Positions 1-9,421 of a stretch of 64,000 bases of DNA are shown here, one piece after another; the stretch's first letter is position 1, and each line of letters starts with the position of its first letter. The position numbers and the translations under genes are program-made. The DNA lies in NCBI GenBank assembly GCA_900757465.1, contig CAAENY010000146.1, positions 13,630-77,629 of the forward strand, read 5' to 3'. A model generated the notes under the pieces. It ran no database searches, was not told the DNA's origin, and saw nothing but the letters and a program-made list of their open reading frames with translations. This DNA is from an uncultured Collinsella sp. GTDB taxonomy: Bacteria > Actinomycetota > Coriobacteriia > Coriobacteriales > Coriobacteriaceae.

Positions 1-216
1 CGCCGGGATCTCGTCTCGATGGCACGGAACGGCCAGGATGCTCACCGTTGCCGTACGGCCGGGCTCGGGGCGCGGAATGGCCTGCGCCGTGGCGCCCAGG
101 TGCGCAAACTCCGGCGAGCAGGCGTACACCGCCATGCCTCGCGGCGTCACCGTCAGCTGGGCCTCGAGCGCAAACTTGCCCTCGCCCACTGCAACCTTTG
201 TCGTGTGCATACCCAT
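1..216 (-). CDS. Partial CDS (3' end outside window), LpdD-like prenylated-flavin chaperone domain protein
   Basis: Manual translation MGMHTTKVAVGEGKFALEAQLTVTPRGMAVYACSPEFAHLGATAQAIPRPEPGRTATVSILAVPCHRDEIPA; AGGAGA RBS at 221-226 (minus); HLGA and HRD motifs resemble the LpdD family. Confidence 0.6.
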   Translation of the reverse strand, partial: MGMHTTKVAVGEGKFALEAQLTVTPRGMAVYACSPEFAHLGATAQAIPRPEPGRTATVSILAVPCHRDEIPA

Positions 217-288
217 GGGATCTCCTGCCGCCCGCGATGTACCTGAGACCATCTTCGCCTGTATTGCGACTATACAGGCAAGCCCTCC

Positions 289-319
289 ATGTGACAAAGG
301 GACTGCCCCTTTGTCACAT
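289..319. repeat. REP-like palindrome, TGTGACAAAGGGACTG(T/C)CCCTTTGTCACA family, copy 1
   Basis: Near-perfect palindrome; other copies at 5227, 14894 and 41541. Confidence 0.9.
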
Positions 320-368
320 TCTGTTAGAGTTGCAGGGATTGAATCCCGCTTATTCATGCGACATTGGA

Positions 369-1631
369 GTGACAACCTTGACCGCCGCAACCACGCCTAA
401 AAGTAAGCCAACCGCCGCCGCGCTCTCCCCCGCGCGCACCAAGCTCTGCCTGGCGCTGCTCGTGCTGTTGGGATTCTCGCTCGGCTGCTCCGAGTTCGTG
501 GTCATCGGCATCGAAAGCGACTTGGCAACGGAACTCGGCATATCACTTGCCACTGCGGGCCAGCTCATCAGCGTGTTTGCGCTCGTCTACGCTATCGCGA
601 CGCCGGTGCTCGCGCTCAGCACGGGGCGATTCCGCCGCTACCAGCTGCTCGTGTGCTATAGCGTCGTCTTTGTGCTCGGCAACCTGGTCATGGCGTTGGC
701 TCCCAACTTCCAGGTGCTGTTTATCTCACGCATTGTCCTGGGCTCTGTCTCGGGTGCGCTGCTCGCCGTGGGCGTGACGTACATCCCTGAGCTGCTATCC
801 CCGCAGCAAACCTCACTTGCCATCTCGGTCGTGTACGGCGCGTTTTCCGTGGCGATGGTCTTTGTGACCTCGATTGGCAAGTTTGTGGCCGACACACTCG
901 ATTGGCACGTGGCCATGTACGGCACGCTGACCTTTGCCGTTTTGATCTGTAGCGCGCTCGTGGCGTTTATGCCTCGCGCCGGGCAGACCGATGAGCCCGC
1001 CACCTTCCGCGAGCAGGCGGGGCTACTACGCGAGCCGAGTATCATCACCGGCATGCTCATCTTCTTGTTTGGCGTGGGCTCGGTCTACGTATTCTACGGC
1101 TACGTGACGCCTTATCTGGAGCAGGTGCTGGGCATGGATACCGTTCAGGCGAGCACCACACTTATGGCCTATGGCGTGTTCTGCCTGATCTCGAACATCC
1201 TGGGCGGATGGATCGATGCGCGTTTTGGCATGAAGGCGCTGCTGGTTACGTTTGTGCTGCAGGCGGCGGCACTGCTCGGGCTGTTTGCCGTGGGCGCCGC
1301 CATGCCGCTCGCGCTGGTCTTTGTCTTTAGCCTGGCGATGCTCATGTACCTGTTCTCGGTCTCATGCATCACGCACTTTATGGACGTGGCACGCAGCCGC
1401 CATCCCAAGTCGATGGTACTCGCAAGTTCGGTTGAGCCCATGGCGTTTAACGTCGGCATCTCGTTTGGCACCGCAGTGGGCGGCGCCGTGGTAAGCAGCG
1501 TTGGCATTGCGTACGTGGGCGCAGTGGGCGCCGCGTTCTCGCTTGTGGCCTGGGCCCTCACGCTGGTGACGATTAAGCTGGCTCGCTGGGAGCGCCGTCG
1601 TCAATCAGCACGGCCCTCAATACGGGCATAG
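369..1631 (+). CDS. MFS transporter (DHA1/AraJ-like efflux family)
   Basis: About 12 hydrophobic segments, GCSEFVVIGI and AGQLISVFAL motifs; start approximate (GTG 369). Confidence 0.85.
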   Translation: MTTLTAATTPKSKPTAAALSPARTKLCLALLVLLGFSLGCSEFVVIGIESDLATELGISLATAGQLISVFALVYAIATPVLALSTGRFRRYQLLVCYSVVFVLGNLVMALAPNFQVLFISRIVLGSVSGALLAVGVTYIPELLSPQQTSLAISVVYGAFSVAMVFVTSIGKFVADTLDWHVAMYGTLTFAVLICSALVAFMPRAGQTDEPATFREQAGLLREPSIITGMLIFLFGVGSVYVFYGYVTPYLEQVLGMDTVQASTTLMAYGVFCLISNILGGWIDARFGMKALLVTFVLQAAALLGLFAVGAAMPLALVFVFSLAMLMYLFSVSCITHFMDVARSRHPKSMVLASSVEPMAFNVGISFGTAVGGAVVSSVGIAYVGAVGAAFSLVAWALTLVTIKLARWERRRQSARPSIRA

Positions 1632-1718
1632 GGGCAAACATAGCCCAAGGTGGCGAGTAACCGGTGAAAACCGCCCAATATGAGTATGTTTATCCGCCTG
1701 GAAGCTTCAGCAGTGCAA

Positions 1719-1809
1719 TTTCGTGTATTTGAGATACACGCTTTTCTATTATTTCGTGTATTTCAAGTACATGAAATCGTACTAAACTATGTATCTGAAG
1801 TACACGAAA
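1719..1809 (+). promoter_or_regulatory. Three imperfect palindromic boxes TTTCGTGTA-N7-TACACGAAA at 33-bp period
   Basis: Copies start at 1719, 1752 and 1785, directly upstream of the ATPase RBS. Confidence 0.75.
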
Positions 1810-1825
1810 TTGGAAAGGCGGCCCC

Positions 1826-3196
1826 ATGCGCAGATCAATCGAGTCCGTTATCGAATCATGGGCGACAAAGGACGCCTCACGCCCCCTCCTCATCCGTGGT
1901 GCGCGACGCGTAGGTAAAACGTACGCTGCCGAGGAAATCGGCAGGCGAATCGCCGGCGATGCGTTTGTCAAACTCGACTTTCAGACCGATCTTGAGCTGA
2001 TCGCTCCGCTGTTCGATTGTCCCACCGACGACGTTGACACCATCGTGGCGCGGATTTCAGACTATAAACGCGCCCCCATTCGCAAAGAAACCACCTTCAT
2101 CCTGTTTGACGAGGTGCAGCTCTGCGAACGGGCGCTCAACTCGCTTCGTTTTTTTTCGGGTTCGGGCTGGCGCATATGCGCGACCGGCAGTCAGCTCGGC
2201 GTCGCCACGCGCAAACGTAAGCTGCCTTTTCCCAGCGGCGTTCGTCAAGAGACCATGCATCCTATGTCGTTCGAGGAGTTTCTCTGGGCGCTCGATGAGG
2301 AGCAGATGGCCGATGCCATTCGTACCCACGCCGGCACGCTCGAGACCTACGCCGCGCACCAAGCCGCGCTCAGCCTGTTCCATCGATACCAGATCGTGGG
2401 CGGCATGCCCGCCGCCGTCAACGCATATCGCAAGACGTTATCCATCGAGGATGCGCGCGTCGAGCAGCGCGAAATCAACGAGACCTATACCGCCGATATG
2501 ACCGACCCCGAAAACGGGATCAGCGGCGTGGCGGCACGCAAGGTCTGGCGCTCCATTCCGTCCCAGCTGCTGAGATCGTCCACAAAAAAATTCAAGTACT
2601 CCGAGGTCGAACGCGGAGGCCGTCGCGCCAAGCTTATCGAGCCGCTCGACTGGCTCGAAGGCGCCGGTATCATATCGGTCAACAACCTGACCGAAGGCAT
2701 CGAGCCTCCCCTCGTTCCCTTCGACGACGAAGATGGAAGTTTCTTTAAGGTCTATCTTCTCGATACCGGCCTCATGTTCTACAAACTCGGCATCAACCCG
2801 AGGCTCTGGCTCGACCTCAAAGAAGATTCCGCCATAGCGCTATCTTCCGACTTCCGAGGCGCCCTGGCGGAAAACTCGGTCATGCAAGCATTTTCGGGTA
2901 ACAGCTTGCAGACGTATTACTGGGTGCCGCCGTCGTCTTGGAAGACGACCGGCGAGCTCGATTTTCTACTTCAGACCGACCGTATGGAAATCGTGCCCGT
3001 CGAGGTAAAGTCCGCACGCAACGTGCGCGCGAGAACCCTCGGGTCGTTCATGGACAAAGCCCGATCGCCATATGCCTACATTTTGTCCGAGAACAATTTT
3101 TTCCGCAGCGAAACCGATGACGGGCGCGAGCTACGCCACCTCCCCTTGTACGCAGCGGGCTTTATTGGAGCAAACTGCCTCAAGAGCAGTCTGTAA
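1826..3196 (+). CDS. AAA_14 ATP-binding protein with DUF4143 / C-terminal PD-(D/E)XK-like domain
   Basis: Walker A GARRVGKT, Walker B ILFDEVQ, GGMP, C-terminal GELDF...PVEVKS. Confidence 0.9.
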   Translation: MRRSIESVIESWATKDASRPLLIRGARRVGKTYAAEEIGRRIAGDAFVKLDFQTDLELIAPLFDCPTDDVDTIVARISDYKRAPIRKETTFILFDEVQLCERALNSLRFFSGSGWRICATGSQLGVATRKRKLPFPSGVRQETMHPMSFEEFLWALDEEQMADAIRTHAGTLETYAAHQAALSLFHRYQIVGGMPAAVNAYRKTLSIEDARVEQREINETYTADMTDPENGISGVAARKVWRSIPSQLLRSSTKKFKYSEVERGGRRAKLIEPLDWLEGAGIISVNNLTEGIEPPLVPFDDEDGSFFKVYLLDTGLMFYKLGINPRLWLDLKEDSAIALSSDFRGALAENSVMQAFSGNSLQTYYWVPPSSWKTTGELDFLLQTDRMEIVPVEVKSARNVRARTLGSFMDKARSPYAYILSENNFFRSETDDGRELRHLPLYAAGFIGANCLKSSL

Positions 3197-3229
3197 GCCC
3201 TGCACGACCGCCTAGAAAGGAAACCGCTC

Positions 3230-3676
3230 ATGCAACGCATACTGTTTATCTGCCATGGCAACATCTGTCGCTCGACGATGGCTGAGTCGGTGTTTACCGA
3301 GCTGGTGCGGCGCGCCGGGCGCGCGGGCGAGTTTGTCATTGACTCCGCTGCGACCTCGACCGAGGAGATCGGCAACCCGCCACACCACGGTACCGTTGCC
3401 AAGCTGCGCGAGGTCGGGATTCCCGTCGTCGCACATCGTGCACGTCAGGTGCGTCGCGCGGAGTATGGCGACTGGGACCACATTGTCTATATGGACGACG
3501 AGAACGCGCGTGGCCTGCGTCGCATCTTTGGCGACGACCCCGACGGCAAGATTACGCGCATGCTCGATTGGACCGAGCGCCCCGGCGACGTGGCCGACCC
3601 CTGGTACACCGGCAATTTCGATGCCACCTACCGCGACGTACTCGACGGCTGCACCGCTATGCTCGAGCAGCTGTAG
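3230..3676 (+). CDS. Low molecular weight protein-tyrosine phosphatase
   Basis: CHGNICRS P-loop, DPWY motif, AAGGA RBS. Confidence 0.95.
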   Translation: MQRILFICHGNICRSTMAESVFTELVRRAGRAGEFVIDSAATSTEEIGNPPHHGTVAKLREVGIPVVAHRARQVRRAEYGDWDHIVYMDDENARGLRRIFGDDPDGKITRMLDWTERPGDVADPWYTGNFDATYRDVLDGCTAMLEQL

Positions 3677-3722
3677 GCAATCGAGGTCGCGGGCCACGCC
3701 TTTGTCACATCCGGGACTAGCC

Positions 3723-5084
3723 CTAGACCGGCTTGACCTCCAGCTTTATCCCCTCGGCGCAGGAGTCGCCCAAAACATCCGAAAGGGCCCAGGTCGCATA
3801 TAGCGGCAAATAGAGAACCGCTCCGTTGCGCTCAACGTTGCCTCTCGAGAAAACAATCCCGAGCCTTACGCCATATTCAGCCGTATCAAGCACATGACCG
3901 AGCGCAGCGTGCGCGTGGTAATAGGAGCCCGATTTAACCTCGATCGGAACAGCCGTCCCATCCGGTCCATCGACCACAAAGTCCACTTCACCGCGCTTTT
4001 TTGTCTGATAGTAGTAAAGCTGGCGATTTTGGGCAGCCAGCTGCTGGGCCACCACGTTTTCGTAAATGCCGCCCAGATTGGGCTCCTTGCTATCAAGATA
4101 CGCCGCTTGGGCGACTCCGACGGGGTAGCGCGCCATCAACATGCCCGTATCCGATTGATATAGCTTGAACTGCGATGGCCGTGCCGTCTTGAGCAAGGGC
4201 GATTTTGGCTCGGTTACGATATCGGCTTTGAGAGCAACGCCGGCATCGACAAGCCATACAAAATCTCGCTGATACTTCTCGTAGTGAGCCTTGGGGTCAA
4301 TGGAATTGAGCACGAAGCGCTTGTTTTCGCCCTCGAGCATAATAGGGAGCTGATCGTAAATGCTCTGCACCTGAAGGGCTCGCCCGCTTGCATACTTGGA
4401 GATATCCCGCCGGTACTGTTCGTTGAGCTCTGACTGTAGCTGACGAACAGAGGCAAGGTCGCCCTGCGTGTCAAGGAAACGCTGCACGACCTCCGGCATT
4501 CCGCCGACAACGGTATAGGTCCTGAAGTTTGCCATCATCGCGTCATGAATGTAATCAGGAACGGGCCTCTCGCTGATACACGCGTCACGTATCGTTTGGC
4601 GAGCCCCCTCGCTCACCCCGGTTGCCCAGCAAAACTCCTCAAAATCGAGCGGGAACATCCTAAGCTCGTGGACATACCCCACGGGATAGGACCTGACGCC
4701 CTTGAACTGAGTCCCGAGCATTGACCCCGAAAACGCCCAGCGGCACCTCCCGTCCTCAACAAGGAACTTTGCCATCGTCATGATGTCGGGGGCCTCTTGG
4801 ACCTCATCGATAAACACGAGCGTTTTGCCTGGCGCAATCGACTTTCCCGAAAGAAGCGTCACCCTGCTGATGAAATCATCGGCATTCCGCGCCTCGAGAA
4901 GAGCATCTTTTGCCTGGCGGTTTTCCATGAGGTTAAGCTCGATGTAGGTTGCATGGTTGGCTTTGCCAAATGCGCGAATCGAATAGCTTTTGCCAATCTG
5001 GCGAGAACCCGTAATGAACAAGGCCTTTTGCTCGGAAGACTTCAGCCAACGCTCCAGCTCTGCCGCTATTTTCCTGCGCAGCAT
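3723..5084 (-). CDS. AAA_14 ATP-binding protein with DUF4143 / PD-(D/E)XK-like domain (second paralog)
   Basis: GSRQIGKS, VFIDEVQ, GGMPEVV, GEVDF...PIEVKS; ATG 5084 preceded by GGGGAG. Confidence 0.9.
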   Translation of the reverse strand: MLRRKIAAELERWLKSSEQKALFITGSRQIGKSYSIRAFGKANHATYIELNLMENRQAKDALLEARNADDFISRVTLLSGKSIAPGKTLVFIDEVQEAPDIMTMAKFLVEDGRCRWAFSGSMLGTQFKGVRSYPVGYVHELRMFPLDFEEFCWATGVSEGARQTIRDACISERPVPDYIHDAMMANFRTYTVVGGMPEVVQRFLDTQGDLASVRQLQSELNEQYRRDISKYASGRALQVQSIYDQLPIMLEGENKRFVLNSIDPKAHYEKYQRDFVWLVDAGVALKADIVTEPKSPLLKTARPSQFKLYQSDTGMLMARYPVGVAQAAYLDSKEPNLGGIYENVVAQQLAAQNRQLYYYQTKKRGEVDFVVDGPDGTAVPIEVKSGSYYHAHAALGHVLDTAEYGVRLGIVFSRGNVERNGAVLYLPLYATWALSDVLGDSCAEGIKLEVKPV

Positions 5085-5108
5085 AGGCTCTCCCCTCGGT
5101 GTCATCAA

Positions 5109-5191
5109 ATGAAATGCAAAGTTTTATACGCTTGATTATCGATGAAACGCAGAATTTTTAGAACCTAAAATCTGATGAAATGCAGAGATTT
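5109..5191 (-). promoter_or_regulatory. Three direct repeats ATGAAAYGCARARNTTT (plus strand) at 33-bp period
   Basis: Copies start at 5109, 5142 and 5175, upstream of the second ATPase. Confidence 0.75.
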
Positions 5192-5226
5192 GAGATTATA
5201 AGCAAAAAGAAGGGACACCACCCGCG

Positions 5227-5259
5227 AATGTGACAAAAGAACTGTCCCTTTGTCACATT
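5227..5259. repeat. REP-like palindrome copy 2
   Basis: AATGTGACAAAAGAACTGTCCCTTTGTCACATT. Confidence 0.85.
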
Positions 5260-5267
5260 GCGCTCAG

Positions 5268-5597
5268 CTACTCGTCGACGACCTCGGCAAGCCAAACGTT
5301 CAGCGTATCGACCTCGGGGCAGCAGAACTTTGCCGTACCGGGCTCGTTGCCAGGCACGGTTCCGCCGTAGCGCAGGATATCGATATAGGGAAAGCCCACA
5401 TGGCAGGCCATGGCGCACATCTTGCCGCGGTCTCGGTCGAAGTCAAAGACATCGCCCGGCTTATGACCATGGTGGCAGCGACACGCACCCAGCTGGTCCA
5501 CGCAGCTCACGCGGATACGCGGACGCTTGCCCCGCGGCGCACCGAACGGCTTGCTCTCGCCCGCAGGCTTGACGCCGCCCTCGCCGGCGTTACTCAT
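5268..5597 (-). CDS. TIGR04076-family small Cys-rich protein
   Basis: CxxGHKPGDxF, C..A.H...PY...L.YGG and CCP motifs; overlaps the end of the kinase gene. Confidence 0.75.
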   Translation of the reverse strand: MSNAGEGGVKPAGESKPFGAPRGKRPRIRVSCVDQLGACRCHHGHKPGDVFDFDRDRGKMCAMACHVGFPYIDILRYGGTVPGNEPGTAKFCCPEVDTLNVWLAEVVDE

Positions 5598-6414
5598 GGT
5601 CAATCACATCCAGGCAGGCCTCGATGGGAAGGCCGGCCGACTTGTCCTCTTGGTCGGCATTGCGCTCGATAAGCTCGGCCACCACACGCATAGCGTCGGT
5701 CGTCGCACGTTGCAGGCTCCAGCCGGCCATAACGCGACCCACGAGCACCGACGAGAACGTATCGCCCGTGCCCGGGAAATACACCGGGATCAGCTCAAAG
5801 GGAATCGTAAAGTACTCTCCCGCCACATGGTCGTAGCCGATAACGGCACTCGCCCCGTCGACCTTTGCGCTCGTGATGACCACCGACTTGGCGCCCAACG
5901 CGAGCATGGCATCCACGAGCGTACGAGCCTCGTCGGCCGTAATCTGCTCGGCCATAGGCGTATCGGTGAGCAGACACGCCTCGGTATAGTTGGGCACCGC
6001 GTAGTCGGCGCACTCGACCAGGCTGCGCATAAGGCCGATGGTCGACTCGGGCACGCCAGCGTAGAGCCTGCCGTTGTCGGCCATGATGGGGTCGACGAAC
6101 ACTTTGGTGCCCTTTTGCGCGCGGCGGTGGCAAAAGTCCGAGATGATGCGCGCCTCTTCTTCGGTCACGATAAAGCCGGTCGAGATGGCGTCGAATTCAA
6201 AGCCGAGTTCCTCCCAGATGGCGAGGCTCTGGCGGACATACTCCGTGGTGTCGTGGATGTAGAACTTGGGGTAGTTGAGCGTATCGGATACGAGGGCCGT
6301 CGGCAGGTTGTGGATGCGATAGCCCATGTGCGACAGCACCGGCAGCATGGCAGAAAGCGCGACCTTGCCGTAACCGCACATATCGTTGATCAGCAGCAGC
6401 TGAGTGTTCTTCAT
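5590..6414 (-). CDS. pdxK: Pyridoxal/pyridoxamine kinase (PfkB family)
   Basis: NDMCGYGKVAL, VDPIMADNG, PNYTEA, GTGDTF. Confidence 0.85.
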   Translation of the reverse strand: MKNTQLLLINDMCGYGKVALSAMLPVLSHMGYRIHNLPTALVSDTLNYPKFYIHDTTEYVRQSLAIWEELGFEFDAISTGFIVTEEEARIISDFCHRRAQKGTKVFVDPIMADNGRLYAGVPESTIGLMRSLVECADYAVPNYTEACLLTDTPMAEQITADEARTLVDAMLALGAKSVVITSAKVDGASAVIGYDHVAGEYFTIPFELIPVYFPGTGDTFSSVLVGRVMAGWSLQRATTDAMRVVAELIERNADQEDKSAGLPIEACLDVIDHE

Positions 6415-6595
6415 GAGTGTCCCCCTTGGGTCGGGTGCGACGCGACGGCGCCACAGTGCGACTAAGTGTAGCGCAGGGGACGTTGCAAGCGGGCGCAGGC
6501 GCCGAGGAGGGCACATTGTTGCGGAAAGGTTACGGAAATGGGAGGCAAAATCGCGGCGGTAGCGGCACAGTAGCTGCCATCTATTTACTACCATT

Positions 6596-6751
6596 CCAAA
6601 ACTATGCCGGATTACTACGATAAACCGTCAGCTTCCAACCACAACGAATTGCACTCCGGAAAAACCGCAGGTAGACAGCTTGTGATTTTACGAAAAACAA
6701 TGCCGAGGTCTGATATTTCGAATTCATCGTAGTAATCCGGCATAGTTTTGG
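6596..6751. repeat. Inverted-repeat element with central AAAACCGCAGGTAGAC core
   Basis: 26-bp arms CCAAAACTATGCCGGATTACTACGAT at 6596-6621 and 6726-6751; same core at 16218. Confidence 0.8.
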
Positions 6752-6855
6752 ACAAAGCAACTTCGAAAGGGTGTCACCGCAGCCCAAAATGATTCGTTTT
6801 CCTCCGTCCCCCACGGATCACTCAAATGCCAACCGAGGCAGCGCTGCAGATTGAG

Positions 6856-6973
6856 GACGGACAGCGAAAGCGTTCCTAAGCGAGCAAGGTGACGTGAAAG
6901 AGGAGGGCATAGGCCTTGTGGCCATGCCCGACGATTGAACGCCAGATTGCCGCTTAGGAACGTTTGCAACGTC
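6856..6973. repeat. Long imperfect hairpin element
   Basis: AAGCGTTCCTAAGCG (6868-6882) pairs with CGCTTAGGAACGTTT (6951-6965); apical hairpin 6905-6929. Confidence 0.6.
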
Positions 6974-7107
6974 GAGCGGTTACGGCGTTTGGCAAAACGC
7001 CGTAACTTAATAAGTTTGGTACCTTGACATTCATTTCTCATGCTCCTAGATTGGTTAGGCACAAAACAATTCCACTACCTAACTAAAGAAAGGAGCAACA
7101 CTAATTC

Positions 7108-7614
7108 ATGTGCGATGAACCTCTTAACCTTTGTTCGCACGAGCCCGGCGGCGACCCGTCACAGCCGGCGGATGCACCCGAAGCGGTTAGTTCGGAAGAC
7201 AAGCTTGCCAAGCGCATCCTCAATAATCTGGGCTTTTGCGGCCATTACATGCATTTTCATGGCGGAGGCGTGTCCGGCAAGGCACCCATCATCTGCCTGC
7301 TGGCCAAGCAGCCCGGCGGCGAGATGTCGCAGCAGGAGCTCGGCATGCACTTTGACCTCAAGCCAGGGTCGCTTTCCGAGATCCTGTCCAAGCTCGAGCT
7401 CAACGGCCTCATCGAGCGCAGCCGTAACCCCAAGGATCGCCGGCAACTCACCATTCGCCTGACCAAAACCGGCCGGGAAAATGCTCGTATCGACCAAGCG
7501 GCCCGCATCCGCTTTAGAGAACAGGCCTTTAGCGCGCTCACCCACGACGAGCGCGAGGACCTCGCCGAAATGCTCGATAAAATCCGCGTAACCTGGGAGG
7601 AACTGGATGATTAA
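7108..7614 (+). CDS. MarR family transcriptional regulator
   Basis: SQQELG helix-turn-helix, LELNGLIER, DRR motif; AAGGAG RBS. Confidence 0.9.
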   Translation: MCDEPLNLCSHEPGGDPSQPADAPEAVSSEDKLAKRILNNLGFCGHYMHFHGGGVSGKAPIICLLAKQPGGEMSQQELGMHFDLKPGSLSEILSKLELNGLIERSRNPKDRRQLTIRLTKTGRENARIDQAARIRFREQAFSALTHDEREDLAEMLDKIRVTWEELDD

Positions 7615-9421
7615 AACCCTCATGGGAAGCATCCGCGACTATATGAAAGTCACCGTTGCCACGCCGCTGCTCGTGCTTGGCGAGGTACTCTGCGAGATGC
7701 TGATTCCATTTATCACCGCCAACCTGATCGACGCCATCAAAGATGGTGCCACCGTAGCCGAGATGCTTCCCACCGCAGGCTTTTTGGTGCTCATCGCGCT
7801 AACATCGCTTGCTTTTGGCGCCGCAGCCGGCGTCACCTGCAGCCATGCAAGCTGCGGGTTCGCCAAGAACCTGCGTCACGACCTGTTCTACAAGATCCAG
7901 ACGTTCAGCTTTGCCAACATCGATGAGTTCTCGAGCTCCTCGCTTGTCACGCGCCTGACCACCGATATCAACAACGTGCAGCAGGCCTTTATGATGATCA
8001 TCCGTATCGCCGTGCGCGCGCCGCTGGTATTGATCTTCGCCTTTACCATGGCGTTTATCATGGGCGGCAGCGTTGCCATGGTCTACCTGATCATCATTCC
8101 GCTGCTGGGCTTTGGACTGTTCTTTATCATCTTTAAGGTGCGCCCCATCTTCTCGCGCGTGTTCCACAAGTACGATGCCCTTAACGAGTCCGTCGAGGAA
8201 AACGTCACCGGCATGCGCGTGGTTAAGAGCTACGTGCGCGAAGACTTTGAGAAGGAGAAGTTCGCGACCGCCGCGCGCGACGTCCAGATGGACTTCACCC
8301 GCGCCGAGAAGCTGCTCGCCTTTAACAACCCCATGATGAACATCTGCGTCAACGGCGCGTTTGTCGTCATCATCTACCTGGGCTCCAAGCTCATCATCAC
8401 GAGCCAGGGCACGCTGTTCGACGTGGGCCAGCTCTCCTCGATCTTTACCTATGGCTTCCAGATCCTTATGAGCCTGATGCAGCTGTCGATGATCTTTGTC
8501 ATGGTGACCATGGCCGACGAATCGGCACACCGCATTACCGAGGTGCTGGCCGCCGAGCCCACGATCGCCAATCCCGCCGAGCCCGTGCTCGAGGTTGCCG
8601 ACGGCTCCATCGACTTTGACCACGTGAGCTTTAAGTATTCCGCGCATGCGAAGCGCCAGGCGCTCGACGAAATTGACCTGCACATTACGAGCGGCGAGAC
8701 CATCGGCATCATCGGCGGCACCGGCTCGGCCAAGTCTACACTCGTCAACCTCATCGCCCGCCTGTACGATGCCACCGAAGGCACCGTGCGCGTGGGCGGC
8801 ATGGACGTGCGCGACTACGACTTGGACGCGCTACGCCACCAGGTCGCCATGGTGCTGCAGAAAAACGTGCTGTTTAGCGGCACCATCGCCGAGAATCTGC
8901 GCTGGGGCGACCCGAACGCCACCGACGAGGAAGTCCGCGAGGCGGCACATCTGGCCTGCGCCGACGAGTTTGTCGACGGCTTCCCCAAGGGCTATGACAC
9001 CTGGATCGAACAGGGCGGTTCCAATGTTTCCGGCGGTCAGAAGCAGCGCCTGTGCATTGCGCGCGCCCTGCTGCGTCGCCCCAAGATCTTGATCTTGGAC
9101 GACTCCACCAGCGCCGTCGACACCAAGACCGACGCCAAGATCCGCGCAGGGTTGGCAAGCTATCTGCCCAACACGACCAAGCTCATCATCGCCCAGCGCA
9201 TCAGCTCCGTGCAGGACGCAGACCGCATCATTGTCATGGAGGGCGGCCGTATCGCTCAGATCGGCAGCCATGACGAGCTGCTTAAGACGAGCGAGATCTA
9301 CCGCGAGACCTTCACCTCGCAAAACAAGATGTCTGCCGAGGACGAAGGCGCCGTCGAGGCCGACACCGAGGCATCCGCAACGCAAGCCCAGACCCAGGAA
9401 GGAGGCGAGGCACATGAGTAA
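7607..9421 (+). CDS. ABC exporter ATP-binding/permease subunit (degenerate-site partner)
   Basis: N-terminal TMD, GGTGSAKS, VSGGQKQR, LDDSTS, IAQR. Confidence 0.95.
   Translation: MIKTLMGSIRDYMKVTVATPLLVLGEVLCEMLIPFITANLIDAIKDGATVAEMLPTAGFLVLIALTSLAFGAAAGVTCSHASCGFAKNLRHDLFYKIQTFSFANIDEFSSSSLVTRLTTDINNVQQAFMMIIRIAVRAPLVLIFAFTMAFIMGGSVAMVYLIIIPLLGFGLFFIIFKVRPIFSRVFHKYDALNESVEENVTGMRVVKSYVREDFEKEKFATAARDVQMDFTRAEKLLAFNNPMMNICVNGAFVVIIYLGSKLIITSQGTLFDVGQLSSIFTYGFQILMSLMQLSMIFVMVTMADESAHRITEVLAAEPTIANPAEPVLEVADGSIDFDHVSFKYSAHAKRQALDEIDLHITSGETIGIIGGTGSAKSTLVNLIARLYDATEGTVRVGGMDVRDYDLDALRHQVAMVLQKNVLFSGTIAENLRWGDPNATDEEVREAAHLACADEFVDGFPKGYDTWIEQGGSNVSGGQKQRLCIARALLRRPKILILDDSTSAVDTKTDAKIRAGLASYLPNTTKLIIAQRISSVQDADRIIVMEGGRIAQIGSHDELLKTSEIYRETFTSQNKMSAEDEGAVEADTEASATQAQTQEGGEAHE

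Noticed and set aside
1680..1971. Short ORFs with repeated VHEI/IHEI peptides
   Set aside because: Artefact of translating the 33-bp DNA repeat array; they overlap the ATPase start
1826..5084. Assignment to a named anti-phage defence system
   Set aside because: No partner genes or signature that I can tie to a described system from sequence alone
6856..6973. 6S RNA
   Set aside because: Shorter than typical, and I could not recognise the conserved central bubble; left as an unassigned hairpin
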